The notes under the pieces were generated by a model, which did not search any database, was not told the origin of the DNA, and saw nothing but the letters and a program-made list of their open reading frames with translations. Positions 25,890 through 38,644 of a stretch of 64,000 nt of DNA are shown here, piece after piece (within the stretch, counting starts at the first letter, position 1; each line of letters opens with the position of its first letter). The stretch comes from Euprymna scolopes (lineage: Eukaryota). Both the position numbers and the translations under genes were made by a program. Location: NCBI GenBank assembly GCA_053919585.1, contig CM132794.1. One strand, written 5' to 3'.

Positions 25890-26700
25890 CCAACTCCGGA
25901 CAAGAAAAACCATAAGATTAATAAAAATACTAATAACGAACAAGATAAATCTAACTGTAGACACCACACACTTTGCCCAGTCCCAAATAAATGTCTAACA
26001 AAAAGCATAGATTATCAAGCAACATTATTTGCGAAAGAAATCCCGAATAACAAGAAATATTACGTAGGCAGTACTTCCTTAGATTTCAAAAACCGATACT
26101 ATGACCACAAAAATACATTAAAAAAATAAAAAACACCGTATAAAAACAACACTACCGAATAAAAACTGGGAACTCAAAGAAAGCGGATATTCGCCGGTAG
26201 TCGAATGGAAAATAATAAGACAAGCTACCACCTGCAGAGATTTAGACGACCCATGTAAATTATGCCTCCATGAAAAAGTTGTTATCCTGTACTTAAAAGA
26301 ACCCCAAAATCTATTAAATTGTAGACGAGAAATAGCAAACAATTGTGGTCACAAAATAAAACTTACTCTAGGATAGCGATACAAAATAGCTTTAAAACTA
26401 ACAATAACGATAGAAAACAAACAGATAAATAAATTAAATACACATGAATATGCATAAACGACCATACATATATGTATATATATGTGCATGTATGTGTGTG
26501 CACACAGGTATATTCATATATATAAAAAAGGAAAACGTCTACCTTAAACAACTAACCTAGTTCTAAAACAGATCCTTTGTTCGATAAAATGCATGCCCAT
26601 TGGCTGATAGGAAGGGGCGCGGTGGATACTAGAAAGCTGATTGGATAACTAAAAATCCTCAACATATATAAAAACAAGAAACAACTACAGAATTCGCGCA

Positions 26701-26753
26701 TAAGCCTGACGAATCCTATAGTGGATGAAACGCAGAATATTCAGTGTAGCTTA
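26701..26753 (+). ncRNA. Type I hammerhead ribozyme
   Basis: Stem I TAAGC/GCTTA; core CTGACGA; stem II ATCC/GGAT; GAAA; stem III ACGCAGA/TCAGTGT (one mismatch); GUA cleavage triplet ending at 26748. Confidence 0.88.
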
Positions 26754-26883
26754 ATCCCCATACATATTTTATAAATTACTACATAGCTCTACCTACGTAT
26801 TGAGCACTTTTGAAGTAAATACTTAAAGTTTACGCATAAATCTATACCTTCGCATATTAAATTTATGTGAGTAAATGAAGTAG

Positions 26884-26941
<58 letters not shown>

Positions 26942-27695
26942 CATTTTTAAGCAATTTAGTAAGGTCCAAATATCAGTGACTATTAACATTTATTTCCGAA
27001 ATTAGGGCTCGTTTGAGAGTTAATGACGTGCATCCTTCCGTGGGCTATATGGCATTTGATCTTTATGTTGCCCATTAAGGATATACTCGATCATCTACAG
27101 CTTATTTATTGGAACTTTTCACAGCTATAAAATGTTTCAATCAAAGTCATTTTCCCTAGTTTTGCATATGAATTACAAAATATCGGATATTTCCCCAAGT
27201 GTTCTGATCTTGATGGATGGTAGACTTAAACTTGCAACTATGGTTTCAAATTATCAGAAACAACAGTATGGAGAAAATTGATGCACACTATCCCTCACAT
27301 GTTAAATCTCTCTCCCTCTCTCTCTCTCTCTCTGTCTCTCTCTTTGGTCCTCCTACAAAACGTATATTTAATAATTGATGAGGATTATTTGACACTGGAG
27401 TTATTCATAATCGATCCCTATTCTAAAAAGTGGTAGTGATATAACAGAAAGTAACAGATTCGCAATGGTACCTACTTTCGCCCTCTGAGTAGATAGAAGC
27501 GTTAATTTCCTTACATTTGATTGCGTCAGTTTGCATATCCCCTATCTCCCTCTCCCTCCCTCTCTCTCTCTCTCTATCTCTCTTCTTGTATAAATTATCG
27601 CAACTCTCTGTCTCTTCCTGCCTTCCTTTTTTATATTGCTCGCTTTTACATTTCTTCACAGCGATCCTGAAGAAAAAAATCAAACATTAATTTAC

Positions 27696-28908
27696 TCTAT
27701 CTCCCTTCTAACCCTAAATGTCGTTTTGGACATTTGTTTAAGTAATTAATTATATTTTTCAGGCATATTTACGTTTTTTTATACTTTATGTAAATGCACT
27801 TCATTTAAACCTGTTAAATCTATTACGATCGTCGCCGAATTAAAAATAAATGTTTCGGCAATATCATATATTGGATTCTAGGCATTGCGCACGCGTTTAC
27901 AATTTTATGAGTGATGGTAAATTTTTACAGTTGCTCAACCTCCAAAATTTTATTCTGAATGAAGATTTTTCTGAGATTCGACGACGCTGATTTAGACACC
28001 CTTATTCATATTTCGCCGAGACAAGTACCTATTGAGATATCAAACATGCATTATACACTGCAATTCACTGGCTATCTGAGTATCACGTAATCCTTATAAA
28101 CTATCTACTTCTATTCTTCTGACACTATCACTTCCCCATTTTTTAGCATCTGTGTGTTCCTAATGTAACAAGGATAATCAGGGAAAAATTTGTGAGAATT
28201 ATGTTACCACCCCTTAATAGTTGTCTACACCGAAAGCTGTTCTTTACATTGGCATCATGAGGGTGTATATTCAAAACACCATTCTTAATGTAAGGGAAGT
28301 CGGTGGTGTCTATTCCGAAAGCCGTTTGTTTTACATGGAGAGTTAGGGATGTCTATTCGAAATGCTTTAATTAACGCGACGATACTTAAAACAGTGAAGT
28401 GAAGTCAAAAATCGTAATGGTTTTGTTTTACACATTAAAACAGACGACCGATATCAAACGAATTTTATTTAATACTATTAATGGAAGAGTTAAAAAATAA
28501 ATACTTGAACAATAAACGGAAAGTGCTAGGGCTGCTCCAACTGGTTTAGATCAATCTAAACAGATCATACGCTATGATAATCTATAACCTGTACAAATTC
28601 TGCTTTAACTTACCGTTATTATTCAAATGGACCATTTTCGTAATTTTATTAATTCATACTGATTTATGCATCTCGTTAATTGCTTAACTTAATTTCAAAC
28701 AGTATCCTACATGTTATCCCCCCAAACCAAAACTAATTGCCAGTAAAACCCAGCTTACTTTATTTCGGCCACAGCCGCAATGACGCAATTGTTAAGGGAC
28801 GGCAGTTGTACCCAGCATCACCGCCACCAAAAACAATAGCCTTAGTTTACTTTTATGTGAGAAGTAGTAGGCTTCCATTAGGCAACGCCATTTTACGAGT
28901 CTTGCTAG
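27696..28908 (+). mobile_element. Probable non-autonomous Helitron-like element with an internal ~40 bp repeat
   Basis: 3' end GGCAACGCC...GCTAG|T abutting (TA)n; internal GGTGTCTATTCCGAAAGC-like units at 28220-28370. The 5' boundary is uncertain. Confidence 0.45.
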
Positions 28909-28911
28909 TAT

Positions 28912-28971
<60 letters not shown>

Positions 28972-29404
28972 TTTTAAAATACTGGGAAAAATACACACAG
29001 CTTTGGATATAAGCTAATATATGATACAAATACAATAATTATTAATGAAGTCATTTATGTAAGCTTATATTTGTTCATAGATGATTACTATTAATTCCAA
29101 CTGAAACGTAGTTTTAATTACGAGTATCAAATACTTAGACAAGTCATAGCTAGTATGTTATAGGGATGTTGATTTTACTAATAAAATACGTAACGTGAGA
29201 GAATACAAAAAACGACTTGCTGAAATCCTAAAGAAAAGTAAATCTTGTCTACAGAGAAGGATCACACCTATGTTCTTCTGCAATTAAATATATTCATATG
29301 TAATTGGGTTTTACTTTAAAAGGTTACATTTTTTTTATTTATAATAGAGCTAATTTATAGCTACGTATGTATTAATTGAAAACGATTTTTGATGGCAGTA
29401 ACGC

Positions 29405-31380
29405 TATTAAAAGAATGTGGCCACCGAAATTAAAGCCAATTTATACCTGGCCTTAACCCCTGTAAACGAGTAATAAAACATGCGATAAATTTTATACTCA
29501 GTGCGTTTAATTTTACGTGATGAAGCAACGGCTTAGTTTCCACCAAATCATGCGAATAATAAACACAATCGCAAATAGAAAAGTGCCACCTAATACAACA
29601 ATCATCGGTGGGCATAAGGTAATTTCCTAGCATCTGGCAAAACAAAACTTGCTGCTAAGACCTTTGCAGATAATGCTATATTTGCTACCAATGCTTCTCC
29701 CGTATGCCCTTCTTTAAGTGAAATACTCTATGCAACATACGCGCAATATAAAATACGTGTGTGATGTTGTATCGCTTATCAAAAGCTTTGCTTCCAGTAA
29801 AGCAAATTACCCCAATTGAATTCCAATGAAAATGCAACAAAAGGTTCAATCGGAAATACTTCCCATAGTTGCAAAGCTATAAAAACGCTACACAAAGGGC
29901 AAATGCTTTCTAACACTCTGGACTATTTCCTCAATCTGCCCATTATAAAAAAATGTAGGAGATCGGTATTTGCCTCTCAATGCAGAAAATAATATCCTAT
30001 CGGTTATTCGTACGTTTCCAGAATATTGGTCAAAGTAGTCAACCGTCACAAAAAAATAACATACTTTGCAACATGCATTATTGTTTCTTAGATCTACAGC
30101 TGATGTGCTGACTAATATGGCAGTAATTTTTTTCGACAGGGTTCCGGACCAAGAGCAATAACTTTTGACATATAAAAAAAAATATTGCTAAGGTATGGCA
30201 TAAAAGTTTACTAAAATGCAAAAGCTGGACGTGCCCTCTATATTAGTAAATCTTTTTTTCTGTGTTATACCTTATAACTGTAGCTGTCGATAGGCAAAAT
30301 AAGAAGTTCATTTTAACAACGTTGGTGTACACAGAATCAAATTTGTGTAAAATTCTCCTAATGATGTTCGCAATAATCCCCTAAATCACATTCCTAGAAC
30401 AGTCCTAGACATTTATGGAGACGACACAATAATTAATTACAGCACATATCTTTGTGGATCGGTTAACTTTGATCTATAATATGCAGTACAATGGGTAAAA
30501 GTGTTGCTGGGTTTTTTTAAGCATCTGAAACCAAAATTATTTCTTTTTTTCATAAACGTTTTGCCCTAATCAGAATCCAATATTAATTGATGGCCCTCGT
30601 ATTGCATAATCACCTTTTCTTGACAAAGCTATGTAACTGTCATTCAATCCACATTTAATGTAGAACACATAATTCAAACATGTTGACTAAATCTTTGTAT
30701 ATATAATTGAACAATTCTACGGCTCAAGGTGGTATCTCATTACCGATATTTTCTCCGAGTATACCTAGAAATGGTTTAGTGTTCAAACTTGTAAGAAGTG
30801 GCTTTTTGGCTCGCCATAACTTACATTAGTAGAGTGCAAACCTTACTTCGAAATCGAGAGGGTAACCCCCTTTTAACTTATCGCCAATCTATTTCCCACA
30901 TATGAGACGTATCGAGTTAATTTGTAGTCTATCGTTATGTCCATGGCTAGTGGTTGTCTTAACACTAATCTATGATGTTTCTTGCAAAACTTTAACAAAA
31001 ACATCGATTAACTAAAACCATTATCCAATTTTTTGCCCATTCTCTAGTTGTGCTTAAATCTAAATGCCGGTGTTATGAACATAAATTCATATCTAAGACT
31101 GCAAGCTTAGGGAACACTGTTCCATATGCCTGCTTCCCACCCGAATACACTCTGCTAGCATTCAAGTTGAATGTACACAAGTGTTGTTGGGACCTCCACT
31201 TAAAGAATTAAATTCAACCTCACTTACTCTCCTACCAATTACTATACTACCACCTTACATTCATAAGCTTTACTCCTCGAATGGCTTGCGAGTCTTGATA
31301 AGATTTTACACCTATGTAAGAAAAGCTTCCTATTCCTGTGGAACGCATAATACTTGATGGTCAGCAAGTGGCACAAAAAA
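29405..31380 (+). mobile_element. Decayed CR1/Zenon-like LINE ORF2 (RT domain to 3' end)
   Basis: Ordered motifs across frameshifts: KTKLAAKTFADN, DVVSLIKSFASSKA, CFLTLWTISSICP, RSTADVLT, AITFDI...KVWHKSLL, DIYGDDT (YADD-like), and KFISKTASLGNTVPYACFPPEYTLLAFKLNV; ends in an A-run. Confidence 0.82.
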
Positions 31381-31967
31381 GTAGATTAGCGATTATTTGA
31401 TTCGATATTACGTTGCTTGTCGTTTCACAGGCAACCCTGGAGATTTAGGGATATTTTTCAAATATAAAGATCCTTCATAAGGCAATTTAAAATTATATAT
31501 GAAAACTAGCATATAATCGTTTAAATCAACAGTCAAAGCAGATCTGGTTTTAAGATAATGATAATAAATTTAGTAAAGTAGAAATCCAATAAGAAGTATT
31601 AGCGAAACACAATGTTTAACAGAACTTAACATTTGAGGGGTTTTAGGTAAAGTATATATTAAGAGAACATTACGTAGATCATAAGCAACCGATAGAACAC
31701 GAAATACAAAATATAGAAATGTACAAAAAGTGAAAAACACCCAACAAAGTAAATAAAGATTGAATTGAGAGTAAAATATTATGAGAAAAAAATTGCATGA
31801 AGGAACTAAGATTACAAAGAAATAAAGTGCACGAATACGCATGTCATTTGCTATAGAAAAATCTTGACTAAAATAATTTACTAAAAATGTATTAGCTACA
31901 TTATGTGACATCAAAGTACCGATCAAAAGTAAATATCGACTAATTTTAAGGGGTACAACGCTTTATA

Positions 31968-32130
31968 ACTATATATAAAATTGAAGGTGTCTGTGTGTGT
32001 CTGTGTGTGTACATTTTCCTACGCAGTAAGTATGTTAATCAGTCTAAAACCTCGAAATGTGATATACGGTGTACTGAGATTTGGGAAAATCTTTGTAATC
32101 CGTGTTCTGCCAGAAATTTGGCTGTAAAGG
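31968..32130 (+). mobile_element. Helitron-like family A, copy 5 (5' fragment)
   Basis: CTATATATAAAA, a GT tract and GTACTGAGATTTGG...CCAGAAATTTGGCTGT match the 5' parts of copies 1 and 4. Confidence 0.75.
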
Positions 32131-32523
32131 ACAGGTACTGAGCCGCTTCCCGGTCCCTCACCTGTCGGGTTCAGTGTCAAGAACGGATCCTTAAGTACTC
32201 TACTCTGCCTCTCTGTAGCCGAAGCCGCTAGGAGACACACCTCATCCTACCGGGGTATAATTGGGTATAACTCCGCACAGTCGGGAGTCTAATTATAAAT
32301 GATGCTGCTAGGAACTGACGAATCGAATTAATTCACGTTTTGATACCAACAAATCTGAAACCAGAATCGAGAACTGTCTACTGCAAACCAGTCATCTGCC
32401 GGGACTTGTGCAGAACAGCGAACCATCGGAAACTGGTCTGTCTACTGCAAACTAGTCACCTATCAGGACGTGTGTTGCACTACGAACCATCAGAAACTGT
32501 TCTGAAACTAAACATGGCTTACA
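32123..32523 (+). mobile_element. Solo-LTR-like segment (~400 bp)
   Basis: TGTAA...TTACA inverted termini, central TATAAAT, a 64 bp internal duplication (32374 and 32438), GC-richer than the flanks. No target-site duplication seen. Confidence 0.5.
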
Positions 32524-32529
32524 CTTCAA

Positions 32530-33409
32530 GAAATATAAAAGTGAAAGTGTGTGTAGGTCTATCTGGCTCTCTGTCTGTGTGTGTCTGTCATTATATTTTC
32601 CATATGCTTAAATCTAAATGACGATATGTCCATTTTCACCATACAGACTCGAAATTTGACATAAGGAGTAGGGGGATTTGGAAAAACTTTGCAATCTGTT
32701 TTCGGCCAGAAATTTGGCTGTTAAGGGATCGGAGTTCAACCAGCTGACCTTGGAGAACTCTACCAAAATCCTCCGCCAATTTTGGGAACAAACAATTGAA
32801 ATTTTAGAAATAGGTTCCTTGGACATGGATCTTACTTAATAGCTTGATTTCAACCAAACATAACAAATTTTAAGAGATCATAATAGGGGTCAAATTAAAA
32901 AAAACAAAAACATTTGACCTCTTCGGTCCAAATAACCATTTCTGGTCTAAAGGTTTACAATTTTATATTAAGAATATTTACAGATAGAGCAAGCTATTTA
33001 ATTGGTTTGGGTCGAAAATTTGAGCTACCAATATATTAATGTACGTATGTATGCATATTTGCATATCTGCCTAAACTTTTGACATAGGCGACGGATGTTC
33101 ACAAAATCAGTATTGTTTTGAAGCTCGAATCTTCAGACGACAGATACCGAAAAATTGGCTAAAAACATTAATCTCTTCATCCTCAACCGGACACATTTCT
33201 TCGGGAAGGGGTCGTTTTTTTCACCGATATTTTCGAATTCATCCCCTCTTTTCGACTGTCTAGCCTTAATTTAAACCTGCGCCACTTTCCGGTTTGGCGG
33301 TGGTCGTAACAGCAAAGACGGTACGGGGTCGAGACTGTCTTCCTACTATCACTTATTTTTTGCTCAACACACACCTCCAAATATCGGGCAACGCCTGACA
33401 CCTATGATA

Positions 33410-33410
<1 letters not shown>
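32530..33410 (+). mobile_element. Helitron-like family A, copy 6 (near full length)
   Basis: Collinear with 4992-5902; degenerate end CGGGCAACGCCTG...GATAG|T followed by (TA)n. Confidence 0.8.
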
Positions 33411-33487
<77 letters not shown>

Positions 33488-35089
33488 AATCAATGAAAAA
33501 ATCTATATTCGAAATTTTATTATGTTAACCATATTACAACGTATTCCTTTAATTCAATATACATTTACAATAATAAAATTCAACATAATTTAAGGAATAG
33601 ATTGTAAGAAGGCCAACATCATAAACCTTGGAATATAAACTTTTTTCATTGACTCGTCATATGCTTTGTAATTACATGGATCTTCTTAAATAAGGATTGA
33701 AGAACGTATTTATCGTTTGTACAGCATTATATAATGGGTATCAGTCATTTAATAAAATAGAGGGGTCGATTACAGTTGTATACTATATTTATATGTGAGT
33801 ACTTGCTGGGAGAACATACGTCTACAAATATTGAATGAGGATTACGTACGTCGCCCACTTCCTCTATTTATATCCTTAAAATGAGTGAAATTGGCCATTT
33901 ATTAATAAACTCGGTTGATTGCCACCTCTAGTAAGGGGCCTACCTAGGTTCACAATAGGGAAGTCGATATAACAATGAATCTTGAAAGTCGACCTTTGAT
34001 TGTATACTTTGTTGTATAATGGAATGATTTTAAATTTAAAATGAAAATGTTAAACAGAATGTTCTAATTGCGCCCTAAACAGAAACATTAACTTGGAACG
34101 CGGCCCTGTCTCATAAAAGCTTTTTATTGTTAATGTTATACATAATATTTTTTACTTGTGTGAAGATATAACTTTTTCAATTATCCTGTGATATTAAGTT
34201 GTATAAAAGTGATAACTTTACTCAAAAAATGGTTGTTTTCGCTTTAATCGGCATTTTTGATAAACGGTTTTTGATACTTACCGCATGAATTCCTATACAA
34301 AACCATATTTAAGAGCACTATGAGACGCAGGATATACATTTGGGTATTTTTTAAGCGGAGTCAGTCGTGTTTTTGTTTTATAAGAAAGGAATTCATCCAC
34401 AGGTGCGCACACATATAACGTAGCATCTATCTATACAAAGATAGAAATAGAGTTAGAAATTTTAAACATATTTCATGTGTTATAATGTGAGGAATTTTAG
34501 TACAGTCGTCAGTGTAAGACTAACAGACATGAAATTACAATATCAATGTTGTAACAATGCAAAGATTCAGTGTATTGACTCACTTATTATTATTTATATG
34601 TTTATTCAGTTGGTGTAATTTCTCTGAGACGGTTCTAATCCGTTTAAAGTATTCAGGAAAGAAAGAAATAAAGATGGAGTTATCTAAAATATTTACCGAT
34701 GGTGAGAATTGTCGGTGGCGAGAGTGTATATGGAAATGCCATTAAGGGAATCGACAGAAGTTTTTGTATTGTTTTTATTTTTATTTCGGTCGTCATTATC
34801 TCTAAGATGTTCGGCTGCCATTTTGTCTTTAGAAGTTTCCCTGCGAAGATAATTGCTGTAGCGATTACATGTGATTATTTCTGAGTTTTTTTACGTTTTG
34901 TTATTTTTTTTATTTCGTTGCTTTATTATATTTTGTATCACTGCTTAAACATTTTTTTCTTTTCTTCCGAGTCAATGTTCTTTGAACGCAGGAGATCAAC
35001 TGTTTTGAACAGAGTAATATTGAACGCTTCGAATTCCACTTCCAAGAATGAATCATGAATGTAAAGTAGAAATAAAACAAAACTAAATT

Positions 35090-35400
35090 GTTTGAAGAAA
35101 TTTATATGATATAGCGTTGCTGTTAATAGGAATCATCTTTCATGTTGATATATCATGCATCACAAATAGACTTTTCATTATTTCATAGTTAGACAATGCA
35201 ATGATATAGAAACTTCTTTAGTAACCTCCCATATATTTCGACTCTTTAACAAATCTCCAACAAGGAAAAGCTGCAATAATCTCCGTCATAAGAAGACCAT
35301 AAGCACTAGATGTAACATCTGCCTCTATACCTTTATTTTCCAAAATGTAATGTGTGTACAAATCAGTGTGTACCAGGCAAAGACTAATAAGTGTTACCAG
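35090..35400 (+). mobile_element. Possible piggyBac transposase C-terminal remnant
   Basis: SPTRKSCNNLRHKKTISTRCNIC resembles the Cys-rich C-terminal domain; heavily decayed. Confidence 0.3.
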
Positions 35401-35764
35401 ACAAATATTTTCTATAACGATTAATGCTTTAATATAAAAATACTGAATAAAGATGCATATTTTGCAGCGTTATACGTTTATGAAAGCAGAGGTAACCAGT
35501 ATAGAAATAACATGATTTTAATAGAATCTTAGCAAATAACATATGTGATAATATAACACGTTTTTCGCTAATATCAAATATTTTGAAGGGGAAATAACAG
35601 TCAGTGCAGTTATATATGCATAAGCTCTTATTTTTATTCGATTGCTGGCAAAAAAAAGATATATGATATTTAAAAGCGATGCTACCTTATAACTCTGATT
35701 TAATATAATATCTACCATTCATTAATACTTTCTTCATGAAACCATACTTTAATAAAAAAATTGT

Positions 35765-36590
35765 GTGTGCGTTTGGGTTCTTAATCCGGCAGGGGGATGT
35801 GAGTCGTTCAGTGTGTTAAGTATAATTAGTGTTAAGTTCATGCTTGCATGCCTTCTCGTTTCCAGTTACCACCGCTGGCTTACCACGTGGTTAAAAAGGA
35901 GCAGATATGCATGTCTTCCCTGCCAGTACATAGCCTCTCAATCATTAAGACACCCACAGTTCCTCCACGTTAGCTACACACGGTAAGTGGATGCCTTTCG
36001 GCTCAGGCTAAACTTGTAGGAGATCACGGAGTAGTAGGGGACCCCAGAGGTAGTGGGTTTTTGCCCACCTATTCGTGGGCATGCCCTGGCACACTACCAA
36101 CCTCTATCCCACTGTCTTGCGGGTGCTTTTGGTTAGACAAAGACTAGGAGAACCAACACCAAAATCAAACACCGCTGGTTTGTGGGCCTTATCACAGCAA
36201 AAGGCTAAGAGATGAGAACTCTGACTTCAAATCCTACTGGTGTCTTGCAGTTTTCTTAAAAACGCTATGGAACCTCATCCAGAATTAAAAGGCGTAGTAG
36301 CGGACACGTTAGGGCGAATGTTTACCTCACTGAGATTACTTTCGTCCAGAAGCCGCGGTCTGCTCTGCTGCCAGTCGTCGCGGATTCGCTCCACTGGATA
36401 TGAGCATTGGAGGGTCACAGGCTGTCTATCTGATGCGCAACAGATACTGCGCCTAAACTGAGCAAGCAAGTTTGGAGCCAAGGTAGAAAGTCCTGTGGCG
36501 ATGGACTGAGACTACGCCAACACCGAGGGATAACGTACTGAGGGCCCAACTATTCATCGTTAAAATTGTTAGACTTTCTTATGATGATGA
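35765..36590 (+). mobile_element. RTE-related non-autonomous retroelement or SINE-like element
   Basis: GC-rich ~0.8 kb island with a B-box-like GGTTCTTAATCC head, an HDV-like motif and a 3' (TGA)3 tail typical of RTE-clade ends. Confidence 0.5.
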
Positions 36591-38329
36591 CACTTAAATA
36601 AAAAAAAATGAAAATATATATCTCCGAAAAAAAGAAACTTCCCACGAATAAAACCTGTATATATTTAGTGTGTAACATAAAATCTCAGATGAAAAAAAAG
36701 AATTTAGGAATAATATATTTGAAGGATGGCAGCGGTAAGGGCTTAAGCGAATAACTCTCAGTTGGTAAAGTAATTCAGCTGTAATTGTATGGGATAATTG
36801 TATAGTGCTAAGTCTGACAATGACAGAATACACTGACCTATAGTACTCTACCTGAACGCTCTTCTGTCGACCTTTCGGCGATATATCAACAAATATCAAC
36901 AAATAACATAAATTGTCATAACACAGTGACTACGTTGTAAAAGCCACAGCATGGATAATGGATTTCTACTACTATTTCTAATACTTTGTAAAATACCAAT
37001 TATAATCTCACAGTATATCATGGCTACATCGCAACTATTCGCTTATTCATGAAATATTGTTGCTAGAGCTAGGCTTGTGTAAATTTTACCAGTCTTTTCC
37101 TCTTAGACAGGACCCATATATATTTCTTTATACGTCACGTATTATTAGTCGAGTCAGAACCTTAATGTCTATCGTTTCAGTGTTGCATGGCTGTTCCTGT
37201 CTTACAAGTATTTATTGGAGTGTGTTAAGACCAAATTGTAAGACTTGTTACTCCTCGACGTAAATTTCCCTGACTCAGCTGACTAGCCGGTAAATCCCTC
37301 TCTTCACATAAAACGTCCCTAGATATTAGAAAGAATGTCACCTTTATAGTTCTTACTTCGCATTGGTAGACTTTAAACTTCATTCAACATCTCCAGCTTG
37401 TCTTACTTCAAAAGCACAGTGAGATATAAATGTAATGGGGAGGTATCGAATTGCTGAATATAAAACCTGGTTCATTATATAGATATGTCCAATTAGCAAT
37501 TATTTAATTTCTAGATGTAATTATAGGACAAGTATGTTCAGATTTGAAATTACCAAAATTAAAAATTAGTATTCTAGAGATAATCTGTACATAGTTTTGA
37601 TAGATGTGGAGATAAATTAAAATAAATTGGAATAAGAGAAATATTTTATATGAAATAGGAAATAAAATAGATAATCTACTTCATAAGATACATATAATAA
37701 TTGGAGATATTTGTATAGACATGTAATGTGTATAATGGTAAAAACAAGTGCAAAAATGGAGATGAAATGTAATGAAAAATATTAAAAAGAAATAGTGGAG
37801 AATAAATAAAGACAAATAATGCGAATGTAATAGGGTTTACGTAAATACGTATAAAATTTAACTAGTTTCTACTGGACACTTTCTGGAGGGGGGCTGAGCT
37901 AATTAGTACGAACTATACATAATCCGACTTTTATTTTTAACAGTGGGGTGCACCTTGTGCTGACTAATGTAACTATTATAAACTACATCACTACATTAAG
38001 TACGTTGTTTATTTAAGTGCCGAATTTTATACAGATTTAAGAGTGCAATAGTAGCATCATCTTGTTGAAAATCGAACTTTATATATACAGGATGTTTTGT
38101 AGGTAGACCACTGTAAAATAAACTAAATTTAATTAAAACCCATGATCTGAATATGTGAAAATAATCGAAAAATACGTAGTTTTCGAATTGAAAAATAGAT
38201 TATATTATTATATTTGGGAAAAATATGAGAAAAATCAATTCACTTAATTAATGGTGTCTTTAATGACTTATTAGTTTGCTGCTCCCAGACTTAGTACAAC
38301 TCTTTTAAGTGGTCGTTTAAATAGGGTTT

Positions 38330-38636
38330 ACTTAGTCCAATGTCAATCATCGGTAAGTCAACTTTAAACTCAGATTTAAGTAATAGTTGTACATTCATAA
38401 GACGTGAAATGTTAGTTCTGTCTGTTCTACAAGTGTTTTAATGGTGAATGTTCTGACGAACTACAGGCACGTGTACCTCCTCGCTATGTGTAACCCGACA
38501 AACCCGACAAGCAGCTAAGTCCAACCAATTCATAGTAGAGATCCCCGGATGTAAAAAAAGTCTTTAAATCCAATAGGTTCTTCCCCAGAACTGCTAGGCT
38601 TTGGCACTCCCTTTCAGGGAGTCTACTTTCCCAATT
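38330..38636 (+). mobile_element. CR1/Zenon-like LINE 3' fragment
   Basis: FYKCFNGECSDELQARVPP...TRQAAKSNQFIVEIPGC...NRFFPRTARLWHSL. Confidence 0.78.
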
Positions 38637-38644
38637 GTACTGAG

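Larger units (their letters stand above)
25270..26760 (+). mobile_element. Penelope-like retroelement remnant (RT C-terminal part plus C-terminal GIY-YIG endonuclease), possibly Hydra clade
   Basis: RT motif YACDDGLAII (~25302); thumb RKRTIIWY...KTKLGKKVLDLIEKYFP...LHKIFNKNTLKLSYSC; NCRHHTLCPVPNKCL; endonuclease DYQAT...YYVGSTSLDFKNRYYDH...WELKE...EWKII...CKLCLHEK...LLNCRRE...CGHK. Frameshifted and internally deleted, with a 3' hammerhead. Confidence 0.88.

Noticed and set aside
29520-29760. Minus-strand transmembrane-like peptide suggesting a viral glycoprotein
   Set aside because: The + strand carries ordered CR1 ORF2 motifs, so this is an antisense artefact.
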